Source of the DNA: Macrostomum hystrix
Lineage: Eukaryota; Animalia; Platyhelminthes
Length of the DNA: 64,000 nt
Reading direction: 5' to 3'
NCBI GenBank assembly: GCA_950097015.1
Contig: CATNEN010000015.1
Location: 682,001-746,000 of the forward strand
Shown: positions 1 through 11,510 of the stretch, piece after piece
Numbering within the stretch: position 1 is the stretch's first letter
How the letters are laid out: every line of letters starts with the position of its first letter
The notes under the pieces: generated by a model
The model's database searches: none
What the model saw: only the letters and a program-made list of their open reading frames with translations
Told to the model about the DNA's origin: nothing
Position numbers and translations under genes: made by a program

Positions 1-2514
1 TGTTTCTTCAGCTCCAGTTTTAGCTTGTTCAGCCTGAATACATAAAAAAAACAATATACGTTTTTTAGCCAACGCACATGCTGCAGATGAGTCTGCAGAT
101 GAGTCAATTTAAACATTGTACAAATATTAGCGAAATATGCACATATATTATAAGAATTAATTTACTGAACTACTTTCGTAGAACAATTAATTGTTTATAG
201 CGATAATTTAAACGTGAGAAAAAGTACAACTTTCAACTGTGCTCAGCTGTAGAGAGCAATCCCCGGCACGTCCTTAATAAATTATAATCACTGTCATTCA
301 AATAAAATATTATATCTATAAAGTGTATCCATAGTTTAGTTTTAAATTTTGCAGCAATGTTAATACCTATCTGTTCCTCTTTGCTTACAGTTTGAACTTT
401 GTAATCAGGAGTGGAGTGTTACAAAAAGAAGCACATGAATATAGATTTTTTATAGTTTTGTATGGTTTCCCATCTCCTATGTGTTGTAGGCCTAACTTCT
501 TAATAAATTCTTAAACCTAATAATGCAACCAAATTTGTTGTAGGGTAATGTATCATCAACCAAACAAGAATGTGTATTTTTTTAACTTCAAACCTAAGCT
601 AGGCCTACAGATATTCTATTTAAGATATGGTGATAAATCAAAAGCCAAGTTAAAGAAAACAGTTACATCTTTCTAAAAGGTATCAGCTTTTGCTATTTTA
701 TCAAATAGAAAAAAGTTATTCCTGCTTTTTATCTAAAACTGAACAATAATTTTCATGTATCTTCAAACCAAACAGAGAATTTGATGTTTGGTTTTAAAAT
801 TTGAGTGAGTGGTTTAATCTTATTTTAAGGAGTGAACTATCATGAATTATGTAATTTGAAAGCATTTTTAATGCTCTATAAATAGGCCTAACTACATTTA
901 TGGTCATTTAATTGGCAAGCAACCACATACAATCTTCGTCTAAAGTACATACTAAAAAAATTTTGTTAAAAAGTATGCTTTTGCAATAAAAATTTCTATT
1001 GAAACATCAATATCTTTCTTTCCTCTTAATGCTTCATTGCACATCATGCCTCAGCTTGTAGATAATTTCTTCAACTTTCAAATTAGTTGTTCTGTGAAAC
1101 ACAATAGCTTGTTTTTGTCTTGCACAAGACCAAGGAAGAAGTCAAAGTTCTTGTTTGGTTTTGAAGATACACTGATCGGTTGATGATACATTACCCTAGG
1201 GCTATTTTCTAATATTTAAAATACCACTGCTGTTAGGCCTACCAAAGTTGTTACAGGGCTGTTCTAAATAATTCAAACATTGTCTTATAGCAAACTTATA
1301 AATGTCATTAGGCCTAATTATTCACATAATGTACTTTTTATTTCAAATTACAATTGGTAGGCCTAGCATTATGTATTTAATCTGATGGCATTTGTTATTT
1401 TTCCAGTTAACAGGACAAATAGCTGTACTTGATTATTCATCCAGTTGATTATTTTATCTTGCAAATGATAGAGGTTCTCGTGGTAGCATTACAACCCCTT
1501 CTAACTTAGGTAATCACTAAAGAGGAAAGCCTATTGAGGAGTTGAAATTGTGGTCCTTGCTGTTGATCTGGGTATCGTCCTTCGCTGGTGACCCAGTTGA
1601 CTTTGTAGAAGTATTTGAATGAGTCGCTACAACTTCACTCTTCAAAGGAACTTAGGTTACTCTTTAGTTGGATAAAAATACAAATCAAACAGACATTAGT
1701 TAGATATAAACAATTTGGCTTAAAGGGAAGATCTCTTCCGACATGCATAGTTTTGTGCCTTCCTTCTAATGTAGACATTTGGTATGAAATCTAAAATTAG
1801 GCCTAACAATAAAATCACTAACCGGACGAATAACAACTGCCTAATATGATAGCCTTATATTTTCAAAATGGCTGATGTTTATCCTTTCTATAACTTTACT
1901 GTATTCATACATGCGCAACACCCAGCTGAACCGGCCAGGTGAAACGAGGGCCAAGCAAGGTAAGTCGCAAAAACCAATCAACCAAGCACAAAAAAATCAA
2001 AAGGGGACCAAGGGACAAAAAAGGAAAGCGTGAAGAAAAGGAAAAAAGAGAGCAAATGAGAGCAAACTTAGTCATAAATAGAGCAATGAAATGAACTAAG
2101 TCACAAATGAGAGCAAACTAAGTTGTACATAGAGCAAAAACTAAGTTGCATGGCCAGCTAAGATTTGGGAGGTTGCACATGTATGACTGTATTATTTATG
2201 TAAGTACTCTTTATCAGTCTTTATCCATCTTTATCAATCTTCAATTATTCTTCAATCAATCTTCAGTTCAGTCTTCAGTCCATCTTGGGCTTTACCAGTG
2301 GATCTAGGGTTACAGCTGTCCTTTCACTCTCTTCAAGGTCTCTTCAAATAACTTTAGGACAAACACAAGTTTCAATATTCAAGCTTTCTTATTCTCAACG
2401 CAGCAAAAATTGTACTTTAGTTTCCTGCCTTCTCTGACTTGTGTATTTGTACCTATTTTTCACTTCCCTTCTTCACTACATTAAAACTGTTGTATTTTTG
2501 GTACATCAGTGGAT

Positions 2515-3205
2515 CCATAGTCAGGAAGGTGGCAGAGTGTAGCGCCGGAACACATTTTTGCCTCTCCCAAAATTGTGCCCCGTGTGCTGGCACAAAAACC
2601 CTTGTGTGCACTGTGCGCCAGCTCATAAACCCTGGTGTGCGCCATTGTGTGCCTGTCACTACCTCCTTGTGACAATAAAATACCTTTTTATAACATAGTA
2701 ACAATTTTTGTGCGACATAATATTCTCACTAAGCCCTACCCCTATATAAATTATGAGAAATTGCAATCGTTAAACAGAAACCAAAAATAGAATTAAATAA
2801 AAATTAGATTTTAATTTTGATTTTTAAATCAAAATAAACACAAAAACTAAGCTAATGGCAAAAAGAAATGTAAAAGAAAAGAGAAAATGCAATTGTTTAT
2901 TTTATTTTACTGCATTTTTTGCAAGAATGCAATGTCACACTAGATAGAACAGTGAATAGTGTAATGTAATGAGTAAAGACTTTAATAATTTCATGGTAAA
3001 CCATGAAATACCAGGTGCTGATGGCGGCACCCACTGCCATGCCCCAGTGTCCTCCTATGTGTGCCCACTGTGTGCTGCTGTGTGCTGTTGTGCCCCGCTG
3101 TGTACCAATTGTGCACTGCTGTGCACTGTTGTGCATTGATATGTGCGAAAAAAATTGTGTGTGCGCCAGAATTTTCTGACCAAACTGCCACCTTCCTGAC
3201 TATGG
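2515..3205. mobile_element. Non-autonomous MITE (~690 bp) with 21-bp TIRs and 8-bp TSD (hAT-like TSD length)
   Basis: ccatagtcaggaaggtggcag (2515-2535) is the exact reverse complement of ctgccaccttcctgactatgg (3185-3205). Flanks cagtggat (2507-2514) and cagtagat (3206-3213) match 7/8. No transposase inside. Confidence 0.75.
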
Positions 3206-3654
3206 CAGTAGATAAAAACAAAATTTGGTGCATTATAACAAAAGGAGTGCATTAAAACAAAAAATATATTTCTAAGAAAATGAACAAAGCCCCATCTCAT
3301 GCTTTTAAAGAAGATGTTTACTATGAATACTTGGGGACAGATAAACTGTCCACAGGTGTGGCCTCATTTTTCAGGCTAAAAACTGGACTAGCTAGGTGTA
3401 GCATAGGCCTGGTTGACTTGTTATAATTGATGAAGACCTAAGCCTGGCTAATGGCTATGCTGTAGAGTGTAGTAGGCATAGGCTAATCAGTTTTATTAAT
3501 TTTATTAATTCTGTTGTTTTTTGCTAATATATCTTCATGTGACATTGCCAAATAAATTATGCCTATTTGATATTTTTGTTTTTTTAAGTTCAAAATAATT
3601 TTATATGTTAGGCAAGAACTTCTATAGAAATATGTACAATAACTAATAACTAAT

Positions 3655-4240
3655 GATAGGTGTGGTGTCCTACCAGTACATGGACTGAACAGCTAGGATA
3701 GGTGTGGTGTCCTACCAGTACATGGACTGAACAGCAAGGATAGGTGTGGTGTCCTACCAGTACATGGACTGAACAGCAAGGATAGGTGTGGTGTCCAACA
3801 AGTACATGGACTGAACAGCAAGGATAGGTGTGGTGTCCTACCAGTACATGGACTGAACAGCAAGGATAGGTGTGGTGTCCTACCAGTACATGGACTGAAC
3901 AGCAAGGATAGGTGTGGTGTCCTACCAGTACATGGACTGAACAGCTAGGATAGGTGTGGTGTCCTACCAGTACATGGACTGAACAGCAAGGATAGGTGTG
4001 GTGTCCTACCAGTACATGGACTGAACAGCAAGGATAGGTGTGGTGTCCAACAAGTACATGGACTGAACAGCAAGGATAGGTGTGGTGTCCTACCAGTACA
4101 TGGACTGAACAGCAAGGATAGGTGTGGTGTCCTACCAGTACATGGACTGAACAGCAAGGATAGGTGTGGTGTCCTACCAGTACATGGACTGAACAGCAAG
4201 GATAGGTGTGGTGTCCAACAAGTACATGGACTGAACAGCA
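3655..4240. repeat. 42-bp minisatellite, ~14 copies
   Basis: Unit gataggtgtggtgtcctaccagtacatggactgaacagcaag repeated head-to-tail. It accounts for ORFs 3650-4279, 3693-3905 and 3945-4328. Confidence 0.97.
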
Positions 4241-4850
4241 GTACGCAGCCTTCCAATGGACCTGTGCTATCAGCTGCACATCTGGCCTGATTAAGCATTA
4301 TGTAAATATTTAATAATATTAATTGCAAATGTCCATATCCGTTACTTCCTAAAGCTGTATCTGTAGCTGCAGTAAAAATCTAACTATTTTATCGAGTGCA
4401 AAATATAGACAAGGAATGTTTCTTTCCTAATGAAGAACCAAGGACCAAGGCATGTATAAACATTTAAGACAGATAGGTAATTAAAAGTCACTGATTCTAA
4501 TAGATTAAGCAGACTAACTTGCAAGGAAAATGACATTAATATAAAGATTGCTGAGGCTGTAGACTAGTGACTAAAGTTAGTACATAATAATATAATAAAC
4601 GATGGCTTCAGGTTTAATCTTTGCACTACTTTCAGTACTACTGTAAACATTTTTTGCATTGAATTGATAATTCAGTTCGCAACCAATCAGCTCTTACCCA
4701 GCCTGCACAGGCCAGACTCCTATGTAGATTTTAAAACTGACCGCCTCTGCCTTTCAAATACCGCAGCGATCGCTCCGGTAAGGGACTCACTCTAATACAC
4801 AGCTAAGCGACAGCAACTCAACCAGTCAGCCAGGACGCATCGCCGCTGAA

Positions 4851-6795
4851 ATGTCGTTCACCGTGCCAGAAGGACTAACGGAGCTGCTGCAGGACTTCAC
4901 AGTTGCCGTGCTGCGCGCCCAGCCGCCCAGCCTCATCCCCTTCGCCGCGGCCTACTTTCAGCGGCTGGAGCGCGGCGAGACCGCCGCCGGGCCATCCGCC
5001 GCTGCCGCCGACGCGGCTGACCAGCAGCGCAGCCTGCGCCGCGAGGACTCAGGAGCCGAGGTCGACGACGATGACGACCTGGCCGCCCTGCCGGACACCG
5101 CCGCAGCTGCTCGCATCTGCGGCGCCTGCACCCGGCGTCGGGTGAGCGTCGCTGCGCCGTCCTTCGACCCGGAGAAGCACGAGGCCACCTACCAGCGCCG
5201 GGTGGTGCCCAAAACCGACGAGCAGCGCCGCCGCCTGATGGAGGCCGTCAAGCACATCCTGCTGTTCCGCAGCCTGGATCGCGTTGGCCTCGGTCACGTG
5301 ATCGACGCCATGGAGGAGAAGCCGGTGGCCGCCGGTGACGTCGTCATCGAGCAGGACGGCGAGGGAGACAACTTCTACGTGATCGAGCGGGGCATCTTCG
5401 AGGCGTTCGTACGCGACAAGGCCACGTCTGAGAGCCGGCATGTACTCACGTACAATCATGAGGGCTCATTTGGCGAGTTGGCGCTCATGTACTACTGCCC
5501 CAGGGCTGCCACCGTCATCGCCAAGACTGACGGCGTGCTCTGGTCCTTGGACATGGAGACCTTCCAGCAGAAGGTTGGTCTCGTTTTTTGTGAGGAGAGC
5601 ATTGTGTGCCCCAGTATAGTCCACCGAAGCATTGGGGCCATTTTATCTCGATGCACTTTTAATTAGGGTTTCCTTTCCATTCCTGCCAAAGTTGCTGGCC
5701 CGTAGCTTAATTGCATGGCAACCGTGGCGGCCTTCCTAGTCGGCACTGTATCACTGTTCTATCTTAGTATTTAGTGCCTGAGCCAAGCCTGGCTGAGTTG
5801 CTTGAAGCTTGAGTTTCTTTGAATAGAACTTTACTGCTGACTTGGCGCTAGTGGCTTTCCCCAGCCCACGCCTCAATTAGGAGCTCCATTGTTGGTTGAT
5901 GCACTGCCGTTGCATTGCCTGCTCAGCCTCTCTGTCCCGACCACCTCCTCCCAGGTGCTGATGGCGGCATTCAAGCACCGCAAGAAGTACGAGTCCTTCC
6001 TGGCATCTGTAAACCTACTGGCCGAGCTCACCCAGTACGAGCGCCAGAACGTGGCCGACGCCCTGAAGGAGCGCGAATACTCTGACGGCGAACCCATCCT
6101 GCACCAGGGCGAGATCGGCAACGAGATGTTCTTCGTGGAGGAGGGCGAGGTCAAGGTCATGCGGCGCAACTCGGAGAATGGCCTGGAAATGCAGGTGAGC
6201 TGGCATGGTTTTGAGTCGGTGCTTCCCCAGTTAGTCATTCTGGATCTTCCGAGGTACTTATGATATTTCATTTTCAGTTAGGATATTTCATTTTCAGTTG
6301 GGATAATTTCGTATTCAATTGGGATATTTCATAGTCAGTTAGGATATTTCATTCTCAGTTCGGATATTTCATACTCGGTTGGGATATGTCATACTCGGTT
6401 GGGATATTTCATATTCAGTTGGGATATTTCATATTCAGTTGGGATATTTCATATTCAGTTGGGATATTTCATATTCAGTTGGGATATTTCAAAGCCAGTG
6501 AGGATTTGCAGGTGAATTAAATTTTCCCACCCCTACCCTCATGTCGCAGGTGAACCAGCTGGCCAAGGGTGATTACTTCGGCGAGTTGGCGTTGATCACG
6601 AAGGAGCCCCGGGCCGCCAGTTGCTACGCGGTCGGCCACACGAAGGTGTGCGTCCTGCACGTGTCGGACTTTGAACGCCTGCTGGGACCCTGCGTTGACG
6701 TGATGCAGCGCAACATTGACACCTACAAGAAGCAGCTCAGCGACATCTTCGGCGACGAGGTTGGCAAAGCCGCCCTGGCCAGGTTGGCCGTCTGA
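4851..6795 (+). CDS. PRKAR2: cAMP-dependent protein kinase type II regulatory subunit, 3 exons (4851-5573, 5955-6194, 6550-6795), ~402 aa
   Basis: N-terminal RII docking/dimerisation domain ([30 protein letters not shown]), RII inhibitor/autophosphorylation site RRVSV, and two CNB phosphate-binding cassettes ([28 protein letters not shown]). Two phase-0 GT..AG introns keep the frame. AATAAA at 6945-6950. Confidence 0.95.
6262..6490. repeat. ~20-bp minisatellite in PRKAR2 intron 2
   Basis: gggatatttcatattcagtt and variants, ~11 copies. Confidence 0.9.
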
Positions 6796-9263
6796 ACTCG
6801 GCGTCACGTGACTGCTCACACTGAACAATGGGATCTGAGCTGGGAGGGCTGGATAGTATGGAGTCCGTAGCCTAGTTTCACCCGGAGCAGCGGTTCTCTC
6901 CCTCAGCGAACGGGGTATGTTTAGGCAAACAAATTATTAGTCCAAATAAAATCTAGAAATCCAATCGCTGTTTGTCTATATTAACTGTCGATTTCCTAGT
7001 TATTTGTCTCGTGGGAGAATCGGAGCAATGCCCCTGGTCTAGTTCTCTCTCTCGTGGAGGTTTTTTTTCTCATTTTGGGAGAAATTTCCCACTCACCGGC
7101 GCCAGCGCATCCGCAGTGCGACTCGGTCACTCCAGCCAGACAACCCGTGCCCGTGTCCCAACACTGCAGCCGTCTGTTATAACAATAGCTTTTTCTAATA
7201 TGCGTGTGTGCGTTTCTCATTCTAATAAGCCGGCCGTGTTCGCTACTGACACAGTAAAACAAAATGCTTATGTTTACCACATTTTTGCTTCATTTTTTAC
7301 AATTTTACTGTCGCAACAGATTTTGCTAGCCGTTGAGATCTGACCGTGCGTGTGTTTTGCCTCCGTTGTAGAGAACAGATTTGTCCTCAAAGCACCCTGT
7401 TCCCTGTTTGTTGTTCTCAAAATCACTCCACCCGCGTACAACATATGGTTATAACCAATTCAGATCATTTTATCTCTACATGCTAGGCGTCTGAGTGTGT
7501 TTAAACTCGTCACCTGTTTCTGTGTAAACTCAGTGTCTCAGATGGTTTAAAACTGTTGCTGAACGCTTCTAGTTGGGCGCTAATTCGGACTTGTTATTCA
7601 GTTCCTTATTTGACATGGGTTTCTTACAGTACAAGACATTATAGGTTTACTTTGGCTATAGGTTATTCAGTATCAGTTCTGAGTTAACGAGTCATCTGTG
7701 AGTTGGTTCTCGTAGTTGAGCCCATCGATTCGAGTGCTGTTGCCTGATTGACACGAGTGAAGGAGATAAGCAGGGGGATGGACTTCATGCTTGTACAGTA
7801 ATAGGCAAATGTAGATTCGCTAGTCCGAATCCATAGACCGCACAGCATACTCACGCAGCGACTCAAAGTATGGACAGTGTTTGCGGTCGAGTTTCAGTGG
7901 GATGATCCGTTACATGCGGTCAATTAGCCCTTAGCTAGTCGCTGCTGCAGCAACATGCATAAGCATTAGTTTTGCTTAGAATTTCAAATCCCGGGCTATC
8001 ATTTTCCCGCTGCAAGTGAATAGGCTGAGATCCCATCTCAACCTGCAGCTCTCTCTGAGCTCCTCTGGGCTCGCTTCGGTCTGTAATTACACGCCAAGGC
8101 CCGAATTAGAAGGCTGAGCACACGCACAGGGAGCTGCTGCTGCTGCTGCTCTTCTATGGAGGGGGTGGACTGACAAGTAATTATCTTCCACAGGGATCTC
8201 GCCTTTCCTTGACTTCCTTTTGTGATTCCGGCAATGTCAGGCGTAGGGGGGGTTGAGGATGAAGGACCTTTCGTGACCTGCTCAAATATTGCTCAAAGCA
8301 GCTGAGCAGATGCAAAATTAGCTGCTCAAATCCCTGGCGCCCATAGTAGAATCCATGGCGTGCTGAAGATGACAGAACTCACAGCTCACAAGGCCTCATA
8401 TAATTTAATTGTTAATTTCCTCTTTTTTCACTTACAAGCTCTACTTCATTCCCTCACATGTTGCCAAATTATTTAGTGTTGAGAAGATGCCCAGCTTTTT
8501 TCTGCTCAAAGTCTGCCCTGTTTTTACATAAGCTTCGTTTAGCTATGTTTGCTTGTTTTCGCTAGCGATCCAAATCACTCCAGCAGACCGCCCACTGGTG
8601 CACAAGCGTTGCCCATCTGATGCCGTTCTCACGATCTCAATTTTTGCGTTTTTCGTCACATTTTTATAGAGATTTTCAGTTTTTCTTTTTTGTCAGTCGA
8701 GTTTTGTCTTTGACCCTGCTTGCTTTATCCTCTCACAGCTTTCTGTTACGCCTTTTTGCCTCCGTTTAGTAACAGTTTGTAGCTAATTTTGAGTGACATT
8801 CACTTTTTGTCCTTACTTCCCTTCATCGGCAGTTTACTGTTTGAGTCTGCAGCAAGCAGGCAGGTGAGTGCAGTTCTCGCGCTGTGATAAGGCCCATTGC
8901 TGTAACTGGTGAACACGGATATCAAATATATACTAGAGCCTCACTGGCCATATGCATATGTGTTTGTGTGCGCTATCGACCTGTAACCAAACTGCATATA
9001 CAGTGCATATTCAGCCTCTGCTAAGCCTTTGCTATTTGCTTATACCTGGCATCTAAGCAGCGCCTATCGCCCTAACAACTGTGAGGCTATTAATAATGCA
9101 GGCTAGCTGGGCTGCCAAGTTCCGCGCAAACATTTATCTCTGGGTCGCTGGCTCAGACGATAAGCGCAGAGCTGCCTGAATGCAGCCAGTTTGCATATGA
9201 CTTGATTCGTGTCTTGATTGGTATCTCCCATTAACCATAGAGTTTAGCACATGTTCTAGAATA

Positions 9264-10858
9264 GCTTTTGTCAGGCTATCTCAGCCTGTGGGCATTCAAA
9301 CTCAGCCAGCCCATCTTGTCACTGCGGTTTTTTTACTGAAGCTGCTAACTTTTACCATAGACATGCATTTTAAGACCATGCAATCTCAGCTTGGGACGAG
9401 CAAACTCAGCCAACCTATAAGTTCTATGTTATTCTGTCTATAGTTTTGTTAACATTTTTTTAAACAGTCTATTTACAAGAGAAAAACTGGGTAACAGAAT
9501 ACAGAGTATGGGATGGGATATACAGAGCAAACTTTGAAATGGGCTACCAGAGACGATCAGTTAACAGGCTATTTCAGTTTAGTTGAAAGGTACCTCCTGG
9601 ATGCATTGTGGGAAGCTCCGGTTGCACTGAATTTCGCACCTGGCTACCATCATTGGCGTCACAGCTTGTAAAGAGTCGGCCCACTCGCTCCAGCAGAAAA
9701 ATGCGCCATTCCACGCAGGTGACTCCATCAGGTCGGCCACCAGCTTCTTCCTCCACCAGTGCGGGGTCAGCGAGTTGCAGCTTGATCGAAGCCTTCACTG
9801 CACTATGAGCCATCTCACACGGGTTGAGAAACGGCGAGTAAGCGGGCAGCAGCTGAATTTCAAACTGATGGCGGTGCTGCTCCGGCACTGTCACACCGCG
9901 ATGAAAGCTTGGACCATCGCAGACTATGACGACTCTGGCGTTGCCGATTTCCGGGATGACTTGCTCCACGAGGTCATTGATGAATTGTTGAAACCTCTCC
10001 TTTGTCTGGCCTCCTCTGAATAACTCACTCTTCACCAACCCAAGTGCAGATGACACGGCCAGACAGATGGAAAGATTTGGACCCCTCTGTGTTGGGCAAC
10101 GCCGTCTCACTGGCTGACCTCGTCGCGACCTTCCCTGTGATCTGCGCGTCCAGAGGTTGTACCCCGTCTCGTCTATATAGATTACCAACGTATCCAGTTG
10201 CAGTCCCGCCATGAGTAGCGCATACTCGCGTCGCTTCTCTATCACCGCGGGAGAGTTCGCACTCAATCGAATGTCGCAGTTCTTAGTGGCAATCTTAAAT
10301 GTATACAGGGCTCCATCCAGAGCTCTGGCTATTGTCTTAATGGAGACCGGTGGCTTGTCTGGAAGCTGAGCAGCGAGATTAGTCTGCAATGCTTTCAGTG
10401 TTGCCATCGGATTTTCATTTAAGAGGTCGATGAGCGCTTGGCGCATCTCGTCGTCCAGCTTGCAAGAGCCAATCTTCCGGCCTCCGCGCTGAAGAGCATC
10501 AATCCGACCTGTAGCTTCAAAAGTGGCAATGATGTGGCGAGTGGTTTTAAATTTGATGCCACGAATTGTAGCGGCTAGACCAATATCCTGTCCTTCCGTC
10601 CACGCGGAGATCAAGCGTCTTCTATCAACGCTGCTGGTTGCCCTCATTTTGGCGGAACAGCTTCAAATGTTAACAAAACTATAGACAGAATAACATAGAA
10701 CTTATATGTTGGCTGAGATTGCTCGCCCCAAGCTGAGATTGCATGGTCTTAAAATGCATGTCTATGGTAAAATTTAGCAGCTTCAGTAAAACAACCGCAG
10801 TGACAAGATGGGCTGGCTGAGTTTGAATGCCCACAGGCTGAGATAGCCTGACAAAAGC
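9264..10858 (-). mobile_element. IS630/Tc1/mariner-superfamily DNA transposon, ~1.6 kb, with ~194-bp TIRs and TA TSD
   Basis: 9264-9457 is an inverted copy of 10665-10858 with a few mismatches. TA at 9262-9263 and 10859-10860. Encloses the transposase ORF. Confidence 0.9.
9574..10647 (-). CDS. IS630/Tc1-like DDE transposase (357 aa as read; probable C-terminal frameshift)
   Basis: N-terminal HTH-like region. Catalytic motifs IYIDETG, VCDGPSFH and LPAYSPFLNPCE, with 33 residues between the 2nd D and E. Confidence 0.9.
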   Translation of the reverse strand: MRATSSVDRRRLISAWTEGQDIGLAATIRGIKFKTTRHIIATFEATGRIDALQRGGRKIGSCKLDDEMRQALIDLLNENPMATLKALQTNLAAQLPDKPPVSIKTIARALDGALYTFKIATKNCDIRLSANSPAVIEKRREYALLMAGLQLDTLVIYIDETGYNLWTRRSQGRSRRGQPVRRRCPTQRGPNLSICLAVSSALGLVKSELFRGGQTKERFQQFINDLVEQVIPEIGNARVVIVCDGPSFHRGVTVPEQHRHQFEIQLLPAYSPFLNPCEMAHSAVKASIKLQLADPALVEEEAGGRPDGVTCVEWRIFLLERVGRLFTSCDANDGSQVRNSVQPELPTMHPGGTFQLN

Positions 10859-11136
10859 TATACTTTGCTCTTCCGATAAACCATAAGTGCTCAAATCTAA
10901 AATTATAGATTTCTGCTGGAAATAAAAATACAGCTGTCTCACTTTTCCCGTCGAGATAAGGAGTCTCATTCTCGCACCAAGGTCCCTGAGCTCGATTCTA
11001 CGACTAGCTTACGAAAAGCTGGGTTTCATTTAGGAACCATAGACCATGGCTTATCAACAGATTTCTAACCAAATGGGTCAACAGTGGAAAGACTAGAATC
11101 CAGAACACGGGCTTACATTTTCCGCTCTTGCCGGTG

Positions 11137-11510
11137 AAATAACTTCAAGAATCACTAAAACATAGGCATGTTCGAGATATTCAACGATTTTCGTCGGGGT
11201 GTCTGGTGGAAAAAACCACCAATAGGCATAAAACTCTGCTCATAATGTACCCGCATCGGCCATTAAGGGTGATTAACGAACCAATACGGATTCGCCATAG
11301 AGATGTATGCATCTTGTCCTTGTCACCAGGATCTTCGACAAGAATTGCTGAATATCGATGCTGACGATGGACGGCTTTGAAAGTAATTTCATCCTAACGT
11401 GCGAAAAAATTGATCCACGTGGAGGACTTTCACGGAAATCGGTCATTCGGTTTGGGAGCCACGAGAAGTAGGCAGTGCATGGGTATTTGAAATACCACTG
11501 CGGTCTTTCC
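11137..11510. repeat. Left arm of a diverged ~400-bp inverted repeat pair (partner ~14915-15311)
   Basis: aaataacttcaagaatcac...gagatattcaacgattttcgtcggggtgtctgg and gaagtaggcagtg..gggtatttgaa are reverse-complemented in 14915-15311, roughly 75-85% identical by eye. Confidence 0.75.

Noticed and set aside
1-2400. Coding-like fragments on the minus strand and a 21-bp inverted match (541-561 vs ~1178-1198)
   Set aside because: Riddled with stops, no recognisable family motif, and no TSD found.
3650-4328. 42-bp array as a CRISPR array or as His/Cys-rich repeat proteins
   Set aside because: Units are contiguous with no unique spacers, no cas genes are present, and the context is eukaryotic. The ORFs are by-products of a stop-free unit.
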